In this document: positions 21,704 through 33,855 of the stretch, piece by piece
Layout of the letters: each line of letters opens with the position of its first letter
Numbering within the stretch: the stretch's first letter is position 1
Assembly (NCBI GenBank): GCA_963823665.1
Contig: CAWGMQ010000010.1
Location: forward strand, 32,001 to 96,000
Direction of reading: 5' to 3'
Length of the DNA stretch: 64,000 bases
Source of the DNA: an uncultured Planctomycetota bacterium
GTDB taxonomy: Bacteria > Planctomycetota > Planctomycetia > Isosphaerales > Isosphaeraceae
Translations under genes and position numbers: made by a program
Notes under the pieces: generated by a model
What the model saw: the letters and a program-made list of their open reading frames with translations, nothing else
What the model was told of the DNA's origin: nothing
Database searches by the model: none

Positions 21704-23094
21704 ATGTCGCGAGCGTGCCCTGAATTCGTGTTGGATGAGCGGCTCACGCGCCGGCGGCTTCTGCAGGCGGGTTGTTCGGGAATTGCGGGGCTGGCGCTGC
21801 CTTCGCTGTTACGGGCCGAGCAGACAGGAGCGCATGCGGCTCGCGCCAAGCACATCATTTTGCTGCACCAGTTCGGCGGGCCTTCGCACCTCGATACGTT
21901 TGACATGAAGCCCGATGCCCCGGATGGGATTCGGGGCGAGTTCAAGCCTATTGCCACCGGGCAGCCGGGGCTCTCGGTGAGCGAACATTTGCCGAGGTTT
22001 GCGACGGTTATCGATCGCTTTGCCCAGGTCCGGTCGGTGAACCACCGGATGAAGAACCACAATTCGGCAACGTATTACAGTCTGACCGGCCACGCGCCGC
22101 CGATTGATGACATTCGCCTGCGCGACACGCAGGAGCTGTACCCCGCGTATGGCAGCACGGTCGCCAAATTGAAGCCGGTCGAAGATCCGTCGGTGCCGGC
22201 TTTTGTCTCGTATCCTTACGTCTTGCGCGATGGCAGCGTCACGCCCGGCCAGCACGCGAGCTTCCTGGGCAAGGCTTTTGACCCGTTTTTCATCGCCAGG
22301 GACCCCAATCAATCGCGATTTCGCGCTTCCCGAGCTGAGCCTGCCGTCCTCGTTGCCGCTGGCGCGCCTCGATGATCGCCGCGGCTTGCAGAAGCTGATC
22401 GACGGCCAGACCGATCTGTCGAGCTGGTCGGAGACCGCGCGCGGAATCGATGCGTTTTACTACGCGCGCGATGACCATGCTGGGCTCACCCAAGGTCAAG
22501 CGTGCGTTCGATCTCAGTGAAGAACCGGACCGGCTGCGTGACCAGTACGGACGAACCAGTTATGGCCAGAGCTGCCTGCTGGCGCGGCGGCTGGTGGAGG
22601 CGGGCGTGCGGTTCGTGTCGGTTTATTATTCGGCGACGATCGGCGGCAAGGGGAACGGCGGCTGGGACACGCACGGTGACAATTTCAACCAGCTCAAGAA
22701 CCGATTGCTACCCATCACCGACCAGGCCGTTCCCACGTTGATCCAGGATCTTCAGGCCCGCGGCTTGCTCGACGAGACGCTGGTCGTGTGGATGGGCGAG
22801 TTCGGACGCTCTCCCAAGGTGCAGACCACGAAGCAGTTCGGCGCCGATGGTCGCGACCACTGGCCTTATTGCTACACGGTATTGATGGCGGGTGGGGGCA
22901 TCACGCCCGGCGCGGTTCATGGCTCGAGCGATCGAATTGGGGCGTATCCGGCCACTCTTCCGGTGACGCCGGACGACATCGCCGCGACGATGTTCTGGGC
23001 GCTCGGCATCGACCCGGCCACCGAAGTTCAAGACCCGCTCGGGCGGCCGTTGCCGATTGCCGCGGGCAAGGCTCTTACGGGGTTGTTTTCCTGA
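21704..23094 (+). CDS. DUF1501 protein (frameshifts near 22310 and 22465)
   Basis: Tat-like TRRRLLQAG, GGPSHLDTFDMKP, CLLARRLVEAGVRFV, WDTH, GEFGRSP, GRDHW. Confidence 0.92.
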
Positions 23095-23098
23095 GCGT

Positions 23099-24757
23099 TC
23101 AAAAGGCCACTGCGAATCCCAGGAGCGCGATCGTCGAGGGTGAGAACTTGGTCAGGCCGAAGTTGTAGCTGCCGAAGATTGCCAGGCGGTCGTTGACTGT
23201 CCAGATCGCGCCCAAGCCCGTCACCACCGCGGTGGGGTTTTCGTGACGCTCGCCCGGCGATACGAGATTTGCGAAATTGCGCAGCCGTGGCAGCGCAGCG
23301 GCGTTGTAAAATCCCTGCCAAAACATATCAAAATCTTCGACGATCTGGCGCTGGATGGACCACTGATAGCTGAACTGATAGACGTTCTCGCCCAGAATCC
23401 CGCGATTGCCGCTGATTCCAAAATTCTGCTCGAAGTTGAGGCCCAGTGGCAGCGTCTGATCGAACAGCAAGGCCATCGACGGCTGGGTGCCGCTGTTGAA
23501 GGACGGCGATCCCAGGGTGGTTTGCAGGTAGATTTCCGCGCCCATGGCCGGGAGGAAGTACCTGGTATTCTCCTCCCAGAAATTGGCCTTGAAGTCGAAG
23601 GCGAGCGGCGACATTCCCACTGCGCCGTTCTTACCCTTTGTGGCGGTCAGGCCGTTGGAGAAGATGCGGAATTCGAGGTTATCGGTCAGCCCGTAACGGA
23701 TCAGGTATTCCCAGTTGTATTGAGCGGGAGTGATGCGGCTTGCGCCCGTAGAATCCGACGGGTGAATTCTCGATGTAGAGGCGGCCTTTGGGGAGCGTGT
23801 AGGCACCGTTCGGGAAGTTCGCGGTGTCGGGGTCAGGGTCGCGGATGTCGACATTCAGCCTGCGCTTGAGCTGGTTCTGCAGGGCGATGGCCGGGTCGCG
23901 CTCGGAGAGCAGCCATCGATCCTCGAAGATCAGGTTCACGATCCAAGGGAACAAGAAGCGATCCTGCTCTTCGTCCTCGAAAACGCCGAAGCGGTCTCGA
24001 TAGATCTGCGCGGGGTCTGCATGGATGTCGGGATAAGTGTATTCGGGCGCCTCGCCGCCGGCACCGACCGTGCGCTCGAGCCGGTTGCGCAGGATCGAGC
24101 TGACACCGCCTGGTCTTGGTCCCGTGGCGCCGGCGCGAGATGCGCCCGCGGCGGGCGAAGCGAATGCGGCTGCACTTGCGCTGGGTTGGCCAAAGACCCG
24201 ATTGCGAAGGCGGTTTCTGGCGATGGAGCTGAGGCCTGGTGGGATTGCGGAGCCATCGGAACCAGCAGGCGCCATTTGCTGGAATACCGGGCCGGCATCG
24301 GAGAGGTCGGGTGTGTAGTCGGGCGGCGCTGGAACCAGATCGGCGAGCGGTGGGGGGAGCGACGATTCCGGGTTTGGGTCGGGAGGAGGTGGTTGCGACG
24401 GCGAGGTGGGCTGGGTTGATGGCCCTGGCGCGGTGCGCGGTGTGGCTTGCGCGTCCGCGGAGTCCTGGGCGCACACCACGGTTTGGGATTCGGAGTTTGT
24501 GAGCGGTTGCGCGTTCGAGGCTACGGCACACGGAGTGTGCCTGCTACACATGACTTGGGCTTCGGCGGTCGTGAGCGGCTGCGCGGCGCGATATCCCAGA
24601 GTTGGTTGGGAGCGACCGTCGCACACCCCGGGGCGATCAGAACGATGAATGAGCAGAGAAAGGCGGTGGGAAACATCGGCCGGCGTGCGGATCGCGCGGA
24701 GTTGGGCACCACGCGTCGCGAGCAGATAACGCGGAAGGACCGCGCCGGAGGTGGCAT
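23099..24757 (-). CDS. Putative outer-membrane beta-barrel 'transporter' family protein with Pro-rich N-region (frameshifts near 24620 and 23745)
   Basis: Signal-like N-terminus (FLCSFIVLIAPGC), P-rich linker, PDTANFPNGAYTLPKGRLYIE, EYLIRYGLTDNLEFR, amphipathic strands and terminal GFAVAF. Confidence 0.65.
24524..24548 (-). repeat. REP-like GTAG palindrome (copy 2), inside a CDS
   Basis: Identical to 6609-6633. Confidence 0.8.
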
Positions 24758-25310
24758 GAATTCGTACTCTCCTCCGGATCGCCCAAGTGGGAGCGGTCCC
24801 GGGCCATCGCGGCGCGTTCTACGAACCCGGCCAAATCGATACTGTTTCCATCGTCGTAAATCTTGGATTAATTGATTGTTTTTCCCAAATCGTCAAAGTC
24901 GGGGTGTTGAGCCACTGACACAGCAGTTAATGGTTGGGTGCATGAGTGTCGTGACACTGGGAGGTGGTCGGTTGAATTGAATCGGCAGCACCGGGAGCAG
25001 GGGCCGGAGATCGGGCGGAATCGTTACAGAATGCTTAAACGGATCGGGTTCGCGAAATTCTCCAGAAAACTTCGCCCTGCGGCGCAACTGGATCGGGGCT
25101 TTTGAACTGAAGGGGAGGAAACGAACGTGGGAGGGGATTTGTTGCCGGAGGCGGCGTTCGTTTTGAAGGACCATCGAGAATCCAGAGCACAGCCGGGTGG
25201 GGCCGTGGCGGGAGCGGGTCTGGAATTGGGGCGCGGTTCGTCGTAAGGTCTTATGGAAGGTTCGAGCAGCAATGATGTGGGTCTCGGTGGAGACGTTGGG
25301 GTTCCGCGCG

Positions 25311-27429
25311 ATGGACCTGACATCGGTCACTTCGAAGGTGTGGATTCCGAATCCGGCCGCGACGGCTGGCCGGTTGGCGAGTCGCGTGCTGTCGGCCGTT
25401 CGCCCGGCGCTCGCGGTTTGGTTCGTTCTCAGCGTTGGCATCGCGATTGCGCATGCGCAGTCCAACGCCGACTGGGTCGGCAAGCGCGTGGTGCAACGAA
25501 CGAGCACCATGGAGGTTCGCTCGCCTGTCGCGATACCAAAGGTGCCCGAAGCGCGGTCTCCATTCGACCCGGATGTTGCCCAGTCGCCCGCCGCTGCACG
25601 AGTTCCTGCTGACTCGCCGAGCGAGAAGACGGTAACGAAGACGGCGCGCGTTCCGAAGGTCTACCAGGTCGACTCGAGAGACGGGGATTGGCTCCTGCTC
25701 ACCGAGGGCGATGACGGCGAGATCGTCGGGTGGGTTCGATCGGATCAGTTGGTTCCAATTGAAAACGCGATTGAGTTTTTCACGAAGCAGATTCGCGCGA
25801 ATCCCAAAGACGCTTTCTCATACGCGACGCGGGCGATGGTGCACCAAGAGAACAACGAGCTTGCTGCGGCGGTGGCGGATTATGATCAGGTGATCAAGCT
25901 TGATCCCAGGAGCGAGTTTGCCTACCTGGGCCGGGCTCGGATCAGGAGCGGCGAGAACGAACACGAGCAGGCCATTGCCGACTTCAGCGAGGCCCTGAAG
26001 CTGGTTCCAAAAGATCCGGATGTGTACGCGGAGCGTGCGAGCCAATGGTATGCGAGGAAGGAATTCGCCAAGGCCATTGCCGACCTGGGCGTGGCCATCG
26101 GGCTCAAGCCGGATGATTCTCACCTCTACAAGGTGCGGGGCGACTACTTGTACGAGCGGAACGAGCTGGAAAAGGCTCTGACGGACTTCGATAAAGCCAT
26201 TGAGCTCGATCCACATGACGCTTCGGCATTTGTCAGTCGGGGAAACGCCTGGTCGTTCGCGGGTCAAGCAGAAAGCGCCATTGCTGATTACACAGACGCG
26301 ATCCGGCTCGATCCGGACAATGCCCATACCTTCTACTGCCGAGGACGCGAGTTTGCCTGGCGAGAAGAGCATCAAAAGGCAATCGCCGATTTCGACCAGG
26401 CCATCAGCCGGGACTCCGAAACATCGGACTATTTCTACGAGCGCGGCGTTGCGTTGCTCAAGAGCGAGAACTACGACAAGGCAATCGCCGATTTCAACAA
26501 GGTGATCGAGGAGAAACCGAAAGACATTGAGGCCCTCCAAAATCGCGGGCGCGCAAGGGATGGCAAGAAAGACTACGTGAGAGCCATTGACGACTTCAGC
26601 AAGGCGCTGGCGATTGATCCGCGAAATCCCGCAATCTGGGTCGATCGTGGAAATGCCCGGCGGTCCGCGGGGGACTTCGACAAGGCAATCGCCGATTACA
26701 CGGAAGCGATCCGGCTTGATCCGGAAGACGCGGACACCTATCAGAACCGCGGGTATGCGTGGCGCAAGTTGCGAGAATGGCGGAAGTCGATTCAAGACTT
26801 CGATGAAGCGGTTCGACTCGATCCATCGGCCGCATTTGCGTTCTGGAACCGAGCGTTTGCCCGCGCAGAGCTAAAGGAATTTGCTAAGGCGATCGCCGAT
26901 TACACCGAAGCCATCCGGCTCGATCCCAAGGACGAATCGAGCTACCAGAACCGCGCTGGCCTGGACCAAATTGAAGGACTGGTGCAAAGCCATCCAGGAT
27001 TACGACCAAGCGCTTCGGATCGATCCGCGAGACGCGGACAACTTCCGCGATAGAGGACTTGCTCACTCTCAGATCAAAGAATACGACAAAGCGATCGCCG
27101 ACTTCGTCGAAGCCATTCGCCTCGAACCCAAACACAGTCGGGCCTACAACGGCCTCGCGTGGCTCTGCGCAACGTGTCCGGACGCGAAGCTTCGCGACGG
27201 TAAGCGTGCCGTCGAATCAGCCACGAAAGCGTGTGAACTCACCGAGTGGAACAATGCGTACTTGCTGGATACCCTCGCCGCGGCATATGCCGAAGCCGGC
27301 GACTTTGACGGCGCAGTGAAGTGGCAAATCAACGCGAATGAGCTGTATGGTGCGGTCGAGGACCGCGAGAAGGGTCTGGCGCGGCTCAAGCTCTACCAGG
27401 ACAAGAAGCCTTATCGGGATGTCGATTGA
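25311..27429 (+). CDS. Secreted TPR-repeat protein, paralog 1 (frameshift near 26957)
   Basis: Signal peptide, DWVGKRVVQRT, GWVRSDQLVP, many AIADxxEAIRLDP repeats, C-terminal AWLCATCPD..DTLAAAYAEAGDF..AVKWQ. Confidence 0.9.
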
Positions 27430-27673
27430 TCGGGATCATCGGTTCGTGCTTGGAGGCGAGCGCGTGACGGTTCCCATTAATCAGGTAGCACGAATGCGAA
27501 ACAATCACCGAGCGGCTAAATCGGGTCTCGCGATCCCGGGAGTGCATGGTTCCCGCCGAGCCGCGTGGGGGTTGGCATCGCGGTCGCAGGTGCAGTCCTG
27601 GAATCGAGCGATCGGATGCGATTCCTCTACCGATGGAGCTGACTCCTCGACAACGCTCGCGCGGAGATCCGCG

Positions 27674-30523
27674 GTGACACTCCGTCGGCGATCGATCGGC
27701 ATGATGCTCTTCCTGGCTTTGCTTTCCATGCTAAGTGCGCTCTTCACGGCCCCAGCTCTCCGAGCCCAGGGCGCGAGCGACTGGGTAGGGATGCGAGTTG
27801 TGCAGAAGACAAGCACGATCGAGATTCGTCGCGAGGCCGTCGGGATACCCAAGCTGCCGGATGCGCGTTCCGCTTTCGACGCCGGCGCTGCCGCACCGCC
27901 CTCTGCTGCCAAGACCGGTGAGGATCGTCGGGTGGTCGTTGGAATACCCAAGCTCCCGGATGCGCGTTCGCCATTTGACGCGGATGCTCCTGCGCCTCGG
28001 GCTGCCGCCGAGGCGGGAAAGGAGACGATCGTGAGCAAGACGGCGCGGGACCCGACGATCTACCATGTCGCGGCGAGGGACGGCGCCTGGCTGTGGCTCA
28101 TCGAGGGAAACGAACGCGCACCAGTCGGCTGGGTTCGAACAGACGGAGTCATCGCCATCGAACGGGCGATCGAGTTTTTCACGAAGCAAGTGCGCGCGAA
28201 TCCGCAGGATGCTTTCGCCTTCGCGATGCGCGGGCTGTTGCAAAACGACAGGAATCAGTTCGAGGCCGCATTGAGCGATTACGGCCAGGCTATCAGGATC
28301 GATCCCAAGAGCGCATTCGCTTACATCGGGCGCGCTCGCGTCTGGAGCGGCCGGAACGAACTCGATAAGGCAATTGGCGCCTACACGGAGGCGATCCGGC
28401 TCGATCCCAAGAGCGTAGCAGCTTACCGAGGACGCGCTGGCGTCTGGTCCGCCAAGTCTGACCACGACAGGGCGAGAGGCGATTATGCTGAGGCCGCGCG
28501 CCTCGATCCGCGGTACGGGGAATCGTTCGATGGTTTGCGCGCGACGTGGTTCGATCTTGTGAGATTGAGTCCGATGGTCAAGCGCGATCCCGAGGGCGCT
28601 CAAGCGCGCGTCGAACAGGCTCATGTCTGGAAGAGCAGGAACGAGCTCGAAAAGGCCATCGCCGAATACGACGAGGCGATCAAGCTTGATCCAGTCGATG
28701 TGTCGATTCTCGTCCTACGCGCATTTGCTTGGGAAGCGAAGAAGGAATACGACCGGGAAATCGCCGATTTGAGCGCGGCTATCAAACTCGAGCCGGAAGA
28801 AGCGTTCTTCTATGAGTTGAGGGGCTCGGCCTGGAGCCTGAAGAACGAGTTCGAGAAAGCGATCAGTGACTTCGACAAGGCTATCAATCTCGAACCCGAA
28901 CTTGCTTCGGCGTTCAACAAGCGAGGAGACGCATGGTGGGGCCTGGCTCAGTTCGAGAGCGCGATCGCCGATTTCACGGAGGGCATCCGTCTCGATCCGG
29001 ATGATGATCACCCTTACTTCAGTCGAGGCTTTGCGCTGGCTCGTACAGACAGGTATCAACAAGCGATCGGCGATTTCGACCAGGCGATCAATCGACACGC
29101 GGGGGATGCGGAGTATTTTTACGAGCGAGGCGTTGCGTTGCTCGAGACCAAGAGCTACGACAAGGCCATTTCGGACTTCAGTGTGGTCGTCGACCGAAAC
29201 CCGAAAGACGTCGAGGCTCTCGGAAAACGCGGGCTGGCCTGGAACGGCAAGGAGGACTACGCGAAGGCTATCGACGACTTCAGCAAGGCATTGGTGCTTG
29301 ATCCGCGCGATCCTGCGCTCTGGGTCGAAAGGGGCAATGCCCGGCGCTCGAAGGGAGATCTCGACAAAGCGATTGCCGACTACAGCGAAGCGATTCGACT
29401 CGAGCCTGGAGACGCCGGTACTTATCGCGACCGAGCCGACACCTGGCACAAGCTGAAGGTGTACGACAAGGCGCTCGCAGATTTCACGGAAGCGATCCGG
29501 CTGGACCCCCAGGACCGTTTGAATTACTTCCTGCGCGGCACAATGTGGGATAAGCTTCGAGAATATGATAAATCGATTGCAGATTACACCGAGGCGATCC
29601 GGCTGCGTCCGCGAGACTCTCTTGCCTGGCAGGGACGAGGATTCGCTTGGTATCAAAAGAAGGAGTATGAAAGAGCGACGAGCGATTTGACGGAGGCGAT
29701 CAGGCTGGACGGAAAGAATGGCAATGCCTACTTCGCTCGCGGGGCGGTGTGGAGTGACAGGCGCGAGTATGACAAGGCTCTTGCCGATTTGAACAATGCC
29801 ACCCGGCTGACCTCGGGACGTGCTGGGTACCATTTTCAGCGTGGGTGGGTTTACTCGGAGAAGAAAGAGTACAAGGAGGCAATCAATGACTTCACGGAGG
29901 CGATCCGGCTTGATCCCAAGAGCAAGGGGTATTACCACTGGCGAGGATTCGCGCGGAGAGCGCTCGCGGATTTCGTGAAGGCGATCGAAGACTTTGACGC
30001 GGTCATCCGGATCGATCCTCATGACGCTGGCGCGTTTCGCGACCGGGGCCTTGCCTATTTTGAGACGAAAGAGTACGACAAGACGATCGCCGATTGCACG
30101 GAGGCGATCGGGCTGAACCCGCGGGATGCGCGCACGCACTACCTCCGCGGTATGGCACACTCGAAGTTGAAGGAGTTCGAGAAAGCGATTCTGGACTATA
30201 GCGAAGCCATCCGGCTGGACTCGAAAGAGAGCTGGGCCTTCAACAACCGGGCCTGGATCTGGGCGACTTGCCCGGATGCGAGGGTCCGGGACGGCAAGCG
30301 CGCCGTCGAATCGGCCACGAAGGCGTGCGAGCTCTCCGAATGGAAGAACGCGTTGCAGTTAGGCACCCTGGCCGCGGCTTGCGCCGAGGCAGGTGAGTTT
30401 GAGGCCGCCGTGAAGTGGCAGACGACTGCGAGTTCGATGTATTCCGACGCCGCCGATCGCGAGAAAGGCGAGGTGCGGCTGAAAGTCTACGAGGACAAGA
30501 GGGCTTATTGGGAGGTTGATTGA
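27674..30523 (+). CDS. Secreted TPR-repeat protein, paralog 2
   Basis: Same architecture as paralog 1. A GTG start at 27674 after GGAGA precedes the signal peptide; the frame is intact. Confidence 0.9.
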   Translation: MTLRRRSIGMMLFLALLSMLSALFTAPALRAQGASDWVGMRVVQKTSTIEIRREAVGIPKLPDARSAFDAGAAAPPSAAKTGEDRRVVVGIPKLPDARSPFDADAPAPRAAAEAGKETIVSKTARDPTIYHVAARDGAWLWLIEGNERAPVGWVRTDGVIAIERAIEFFTKQVRANPQDAFAFAMRGLLQNDRNQFEAALSDYGQAIRIDPKSAFAYIGRARVWSGRNELDKAIGAYTEAIRLDPKSVAAYRGRAGVWSAKSDHDRARGDYAEAARLDPRYGESFDGLRATWFDLVRLSPMVKRDPEGAQARVEQAHVWKSRNELEKAIAEYDEAIKLDPVDVSILVLRAFAWEAKKEYDREIADLSAAIKLEPEEAFFYELRGSAWSLKNEFEKAISDFDKAINLEPELASAFNKRGDAWWGLAQFESAIADFTEGIRLDPDDDHPYFSRGFALARTDRYQQAIGDFDQAINRHAGDAEYFYERGVALLETKSYDKAISDFSVVVDRNPKDVEALGKRGLAWNGKEDYAKAIDDFSKALVLDPRDPALWVERGNARRSKGDLDKAIADYSEAIRLEPGDAGTYRDRADTWHKLKVYDKALADFTEAIRLDPQDRLNYFLRGTMWDKLREYDKSIADYTEAIRLRPRDSLAWQGRGFAWYQKKEYERATSDLTEAIRLDGKNGNAYFARGAVWSDRREYDKALADLNNATRLTSGRAGYHFQRGWVYSEKKEYKEAINDFTEAIRLDPKSKGYYHWRGFARRALADFVKAIEDFDAVIRIDPHDAGAFRDRGLAYFETKEYDKTIADCTEAIGLNPRDARTHYLRGMAHSKLKEFEKAILDYSEAIRLDSKESWAFNNRAWIWATCPDARVRDGKRAVESATKACELSEWKNALQLGTLAAACAEAGEFEAAVKWQTTASSMYSDAADREKGEVRLKVYEDKRAYWEVD

Positions 30524-30683
30524 GGGGGATTATGTGGTCACGCGTCGGCGCGTCCTGGTCATGATTGCTGCGCAGAAGGTGACACGAGTGAGCGATCCGC
30601 AGAGAACCGCTAACTGGCTGTTCGGGATCCGGGGAGTGCGAGGCTGCACGGCTGACAGTTGGGCCTCATTGACGACCTTCGCG

Positions 30684-30891
30684 GTGGACGATTCAGCGTA
30701 TTCTGTTGCGCGATTGCTTTGTGATAGCGGCCGCTGGGAGGGACCACCCCTGGCCTGGCATGATGAAAAGTGGGCCGTAATGGCGAAATTCCATGTCGAC
30801 GATTCGGCGTTTTCTGTTGCGCGACACATCTGCGATGGCGGCCGCTGGGACAGACCCCCCCTGGCCCCCCCTTCCAAAGGGGGGGAAGCTT
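30684..30891. repeat. Imperfect 111-bp-period duplication ending in a C/G-run hairpin
   Basis: GACGATTC(A/G)GCGT(A/T)TTCTGTTGCGCGA..GCGGCCGCTGGGA..CCCCTGGCC at about 30684 and 30795. The second copy ends CCCCCCCTTCCAAAGGGGGGG. Confidence 0.75.
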
Positions 30892-31058
30892 GGCGTAACG
30901 TACGCGGCGGGAACTCAGCGCTGCGTCGATCGCAAGTCTTGAACCGGCCAGTGCGACGCTCAGGCCTTACCGCGCGGGCCGTTGCCATCTGGCCTGGCGC
31001 GCTGGCAGCACATCGCGGAGAGCTGTTGAACTCGGACATTCCCCGACGTGAATCGACG

Positions 31059-33487
31059 GTGGACCTGGCAACACATGCGGCTGATGTTCGTGTTTCGCGA
31101 TCGCCGACCGTGGTGATCGTCGCGGTTCTGGTCTCGTGGGCGTTTGTGCTTATCGGAGCGCCGACTCTCCGCGCTCATGCCGACGACGACTGGGTGGGCA
31201 AGAGGGTTGTGCAGAGGACGAGCACGATTGAGATTCGGCCGGAGGACGTGCCGGCACAGCCGGTGATACCTCCACTGCCTGACGGTGCTGGCGGGCCATT
31301 TGGCAAGCCGCCCCCGCCGCCTGTCGGCGGGAACCCACCCAGGGACCTGCCGACGCCTCGAGTGAAAGTCGCAGAAAAGCTGCAGAGGCGGTCGACGCGC
31401 TTTCCTGTGATCTACTTCGTCATCGATAAACGCGACGACTTGCTCTGGCTCAGCAGTGAAGACGAAGGCGTTCCGAGCGGCTGGGTTCCATTCAAGTACG
31501 TGATCCCGGTCGAAGGGGCGATTGAGTTCTTCACGAAGCGCATCCACGCGGCCCCAACCGACGCCTTCGCTCTGGCGTCGCGCGCCGTATTGCGCAAGAT
31601 AACAAGGACTTCGATGCTGCGCTGGAGGACTATGACCGGATCATCAGGCTCGATCCCAAGAGCGGATTTGTGTATCTGCGTCGAGCGCGCATCTGGAATC
31701 GCCAGAACGAACGCGACAGGGCCATTGCCGACTGCAACGAGGCCATCAAGCTCGACCCACGTGATGCGCGGGCGTTTCGGGAACGCGCGGACGCGTGGCA
31801 CAACAAGAAAGAATACGACAGGGCGGTTGGTGACTTTAGCGAAGCGATTCGGCTAGAACCCGCGGATGTTGACAACTACACCGGGCGGGCGTTTTCATTT
31901 CTCCAGAAGAAAGAGTTCGACAAAGCCATCTGCGATTGCAGCGAAGCGATCCGGCTCGAGCCGCAAAATAACTCGGCGTTGACTCTTCGCGGATTGGCCC
32001 GCTTCAGAAAAAAGGAGTATGACAAAGCGATTACCGATTTCACCGTGGCCATCGAGCGTGACGCAGAGCATGCCTACCCATACAAAGCGCGGGGCGAGGC
32101 CTGGTACGGCGAGCAAGAATTTGATAAGGCTCTCGACGACTTTGACAAGGCAATCAAGATCGACCCAAGCTACGCCGACGCGCATCTGGCACGTGGCAAC
32201 GCTTGGGAGGCAGCAGGGCAGTTCGAGAGCGCGCTGGCTGACTACACTCGGGCCATCGAGCTCAATGCTGATGGTTCCGCCTACTACTGCAGTCGCGGGA
32301 GTCTTCTTGCCTTCATGGGCGAGCATGAAAAGTCAATCGCCGATCTTGAAAGCTCCATTCGCCTTGACCCGACGGACGCGGATTGCTTCTACGAACGGGG
32401 TGCTGAGTACGTGGAGACGAAGCAGTACGACAAGGCAATTGCCGATTTCAATGTGGTGCTGAAGCGAAACCCCAGCGATGTCGAAGCGCTCAAGAAACGC
32501 GGGCTTGCCTGGCACTCCAAGAACGAATATCAAAAGGCGATTGACGACTTCACCAACGCGCTTGCGCTGGATCCTCGCGATCCTGAGCTCTGGGGTAACC
32601 GCGGCCTGTCCCGGGGTGGGAAAAAAGATTTCAACGGGGCCGTCGCCGACTTTACGCAAGCGACTCAGCTCGATCCCGAAGACCCGTCCAACTACAAGGG
32701 TCGGGCTATTTCCTGGCTGAAAACCGAAGAATTCGACAGGGCGATCGCTGATGCCACTGCGGCCATCCGGATCAATTCCGACGACGCATTTGCTTACTCG
32801 ATTCGCGGCCAGGGCTACAGCGAGAAGCGTGAATACGAGACGGCAATCAAAGACTTCAGCGAGTCGATCAGGCTCGATCCACTTGATGCAGTTGCATTTT
32901 ATGCCAGAGCGCACGCATTCATCGCGAAGAAGGAATACGACAAGGCCGTCGCCGACTATAGCGAGGCCATTCGGCTGGATCCGGAATTCGCCGCGGCGTT
33001 CGTCGGGCGTGGGCTTGCGTGGTCACGAAAGAAGGAGTTTGAAAAAGCGATCATTGATTTCACGGAAGCCATCCGGCTCGATCGGAATGACGCGGGGGCG
33101 CGCTATAATCGCGGCTGGGCGCATTCGTCTCTCAAGAAATTCGCGAAAGCCATTCTCGACTACGGCGAAACCATCCAGCTTGACCCCAAGCACAGTTGGG
33201 CCTACAACAACCGCGCCTGGATCTGGGCGACTTGCAAGGATGACAAGGTTCGGGACGGGAAGCGGGCCGTCGAGTCGGCGACGAAGGCGTGCGGGCTGAC
33301 CGAATGGAAGAACGCATCGCAGTTGGACACGCTCGCGGCCGCTTACGCGGAATCCGGTGACTTCGACGCCGCAGTGAAGTGGCAAATCAACACGAACGAG
33401 CTTTACGGTGCCGTCGAGGATCGCGAGAAAGGCGAGGCGCGGCTGAAGCTCTATCAGGACAAGAAGCCGTATCGGGCCGATGATTGA
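31059..33487 (+). CDS. Secreted TPR-repeat protein, paralog 3 (frameshift near 31597)
   Basis: Signal peptide, DWVGKRVVQRT, Pro-rich insert, TPR array and the same C-terminal cap. Confidence 0.9.
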
Positions 33488-33855
33488 TCGAAGAACATGG
33501 GATGCTTATCGTTGCGGGGCTCGACTAGGCCGGTACAGTCATGAGGCGTTGGCGGACTGACATTTCTCGGTCTCACACTCACCGGCTTTGGCGATGCGGG
33601 GATCGGGCTCACGCCCGAGGCTGGAGGACTTGCGTCCCGTCCGAACCACGCACTCACGTGCGTGGTCACCGGGGAAGGCGCTCACTCGCACGCTCGCGGA
33701 CGGGCCGCGGGCTCGGCCGAACGCGTGACTGCGGTCGTCATACCGTGCATCGAACGGCCAACTGCCGATTTCGCGCGGCGGTTCGATCTTCAATCTAGAA
33801 TTCGGAGCTGCTGCTGTCAGGAATTCACTCGCTGCGGCAACTCTCTAAGCGAACG

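Noticed and set aside
25311..33487. Diversity-generating retroelement among the TPR paralogs
   Set aside because: There is no reverse transcriptase, and I saw no adenine-specific template/variable repeat pair; the pattern fits ordinary paralogy.
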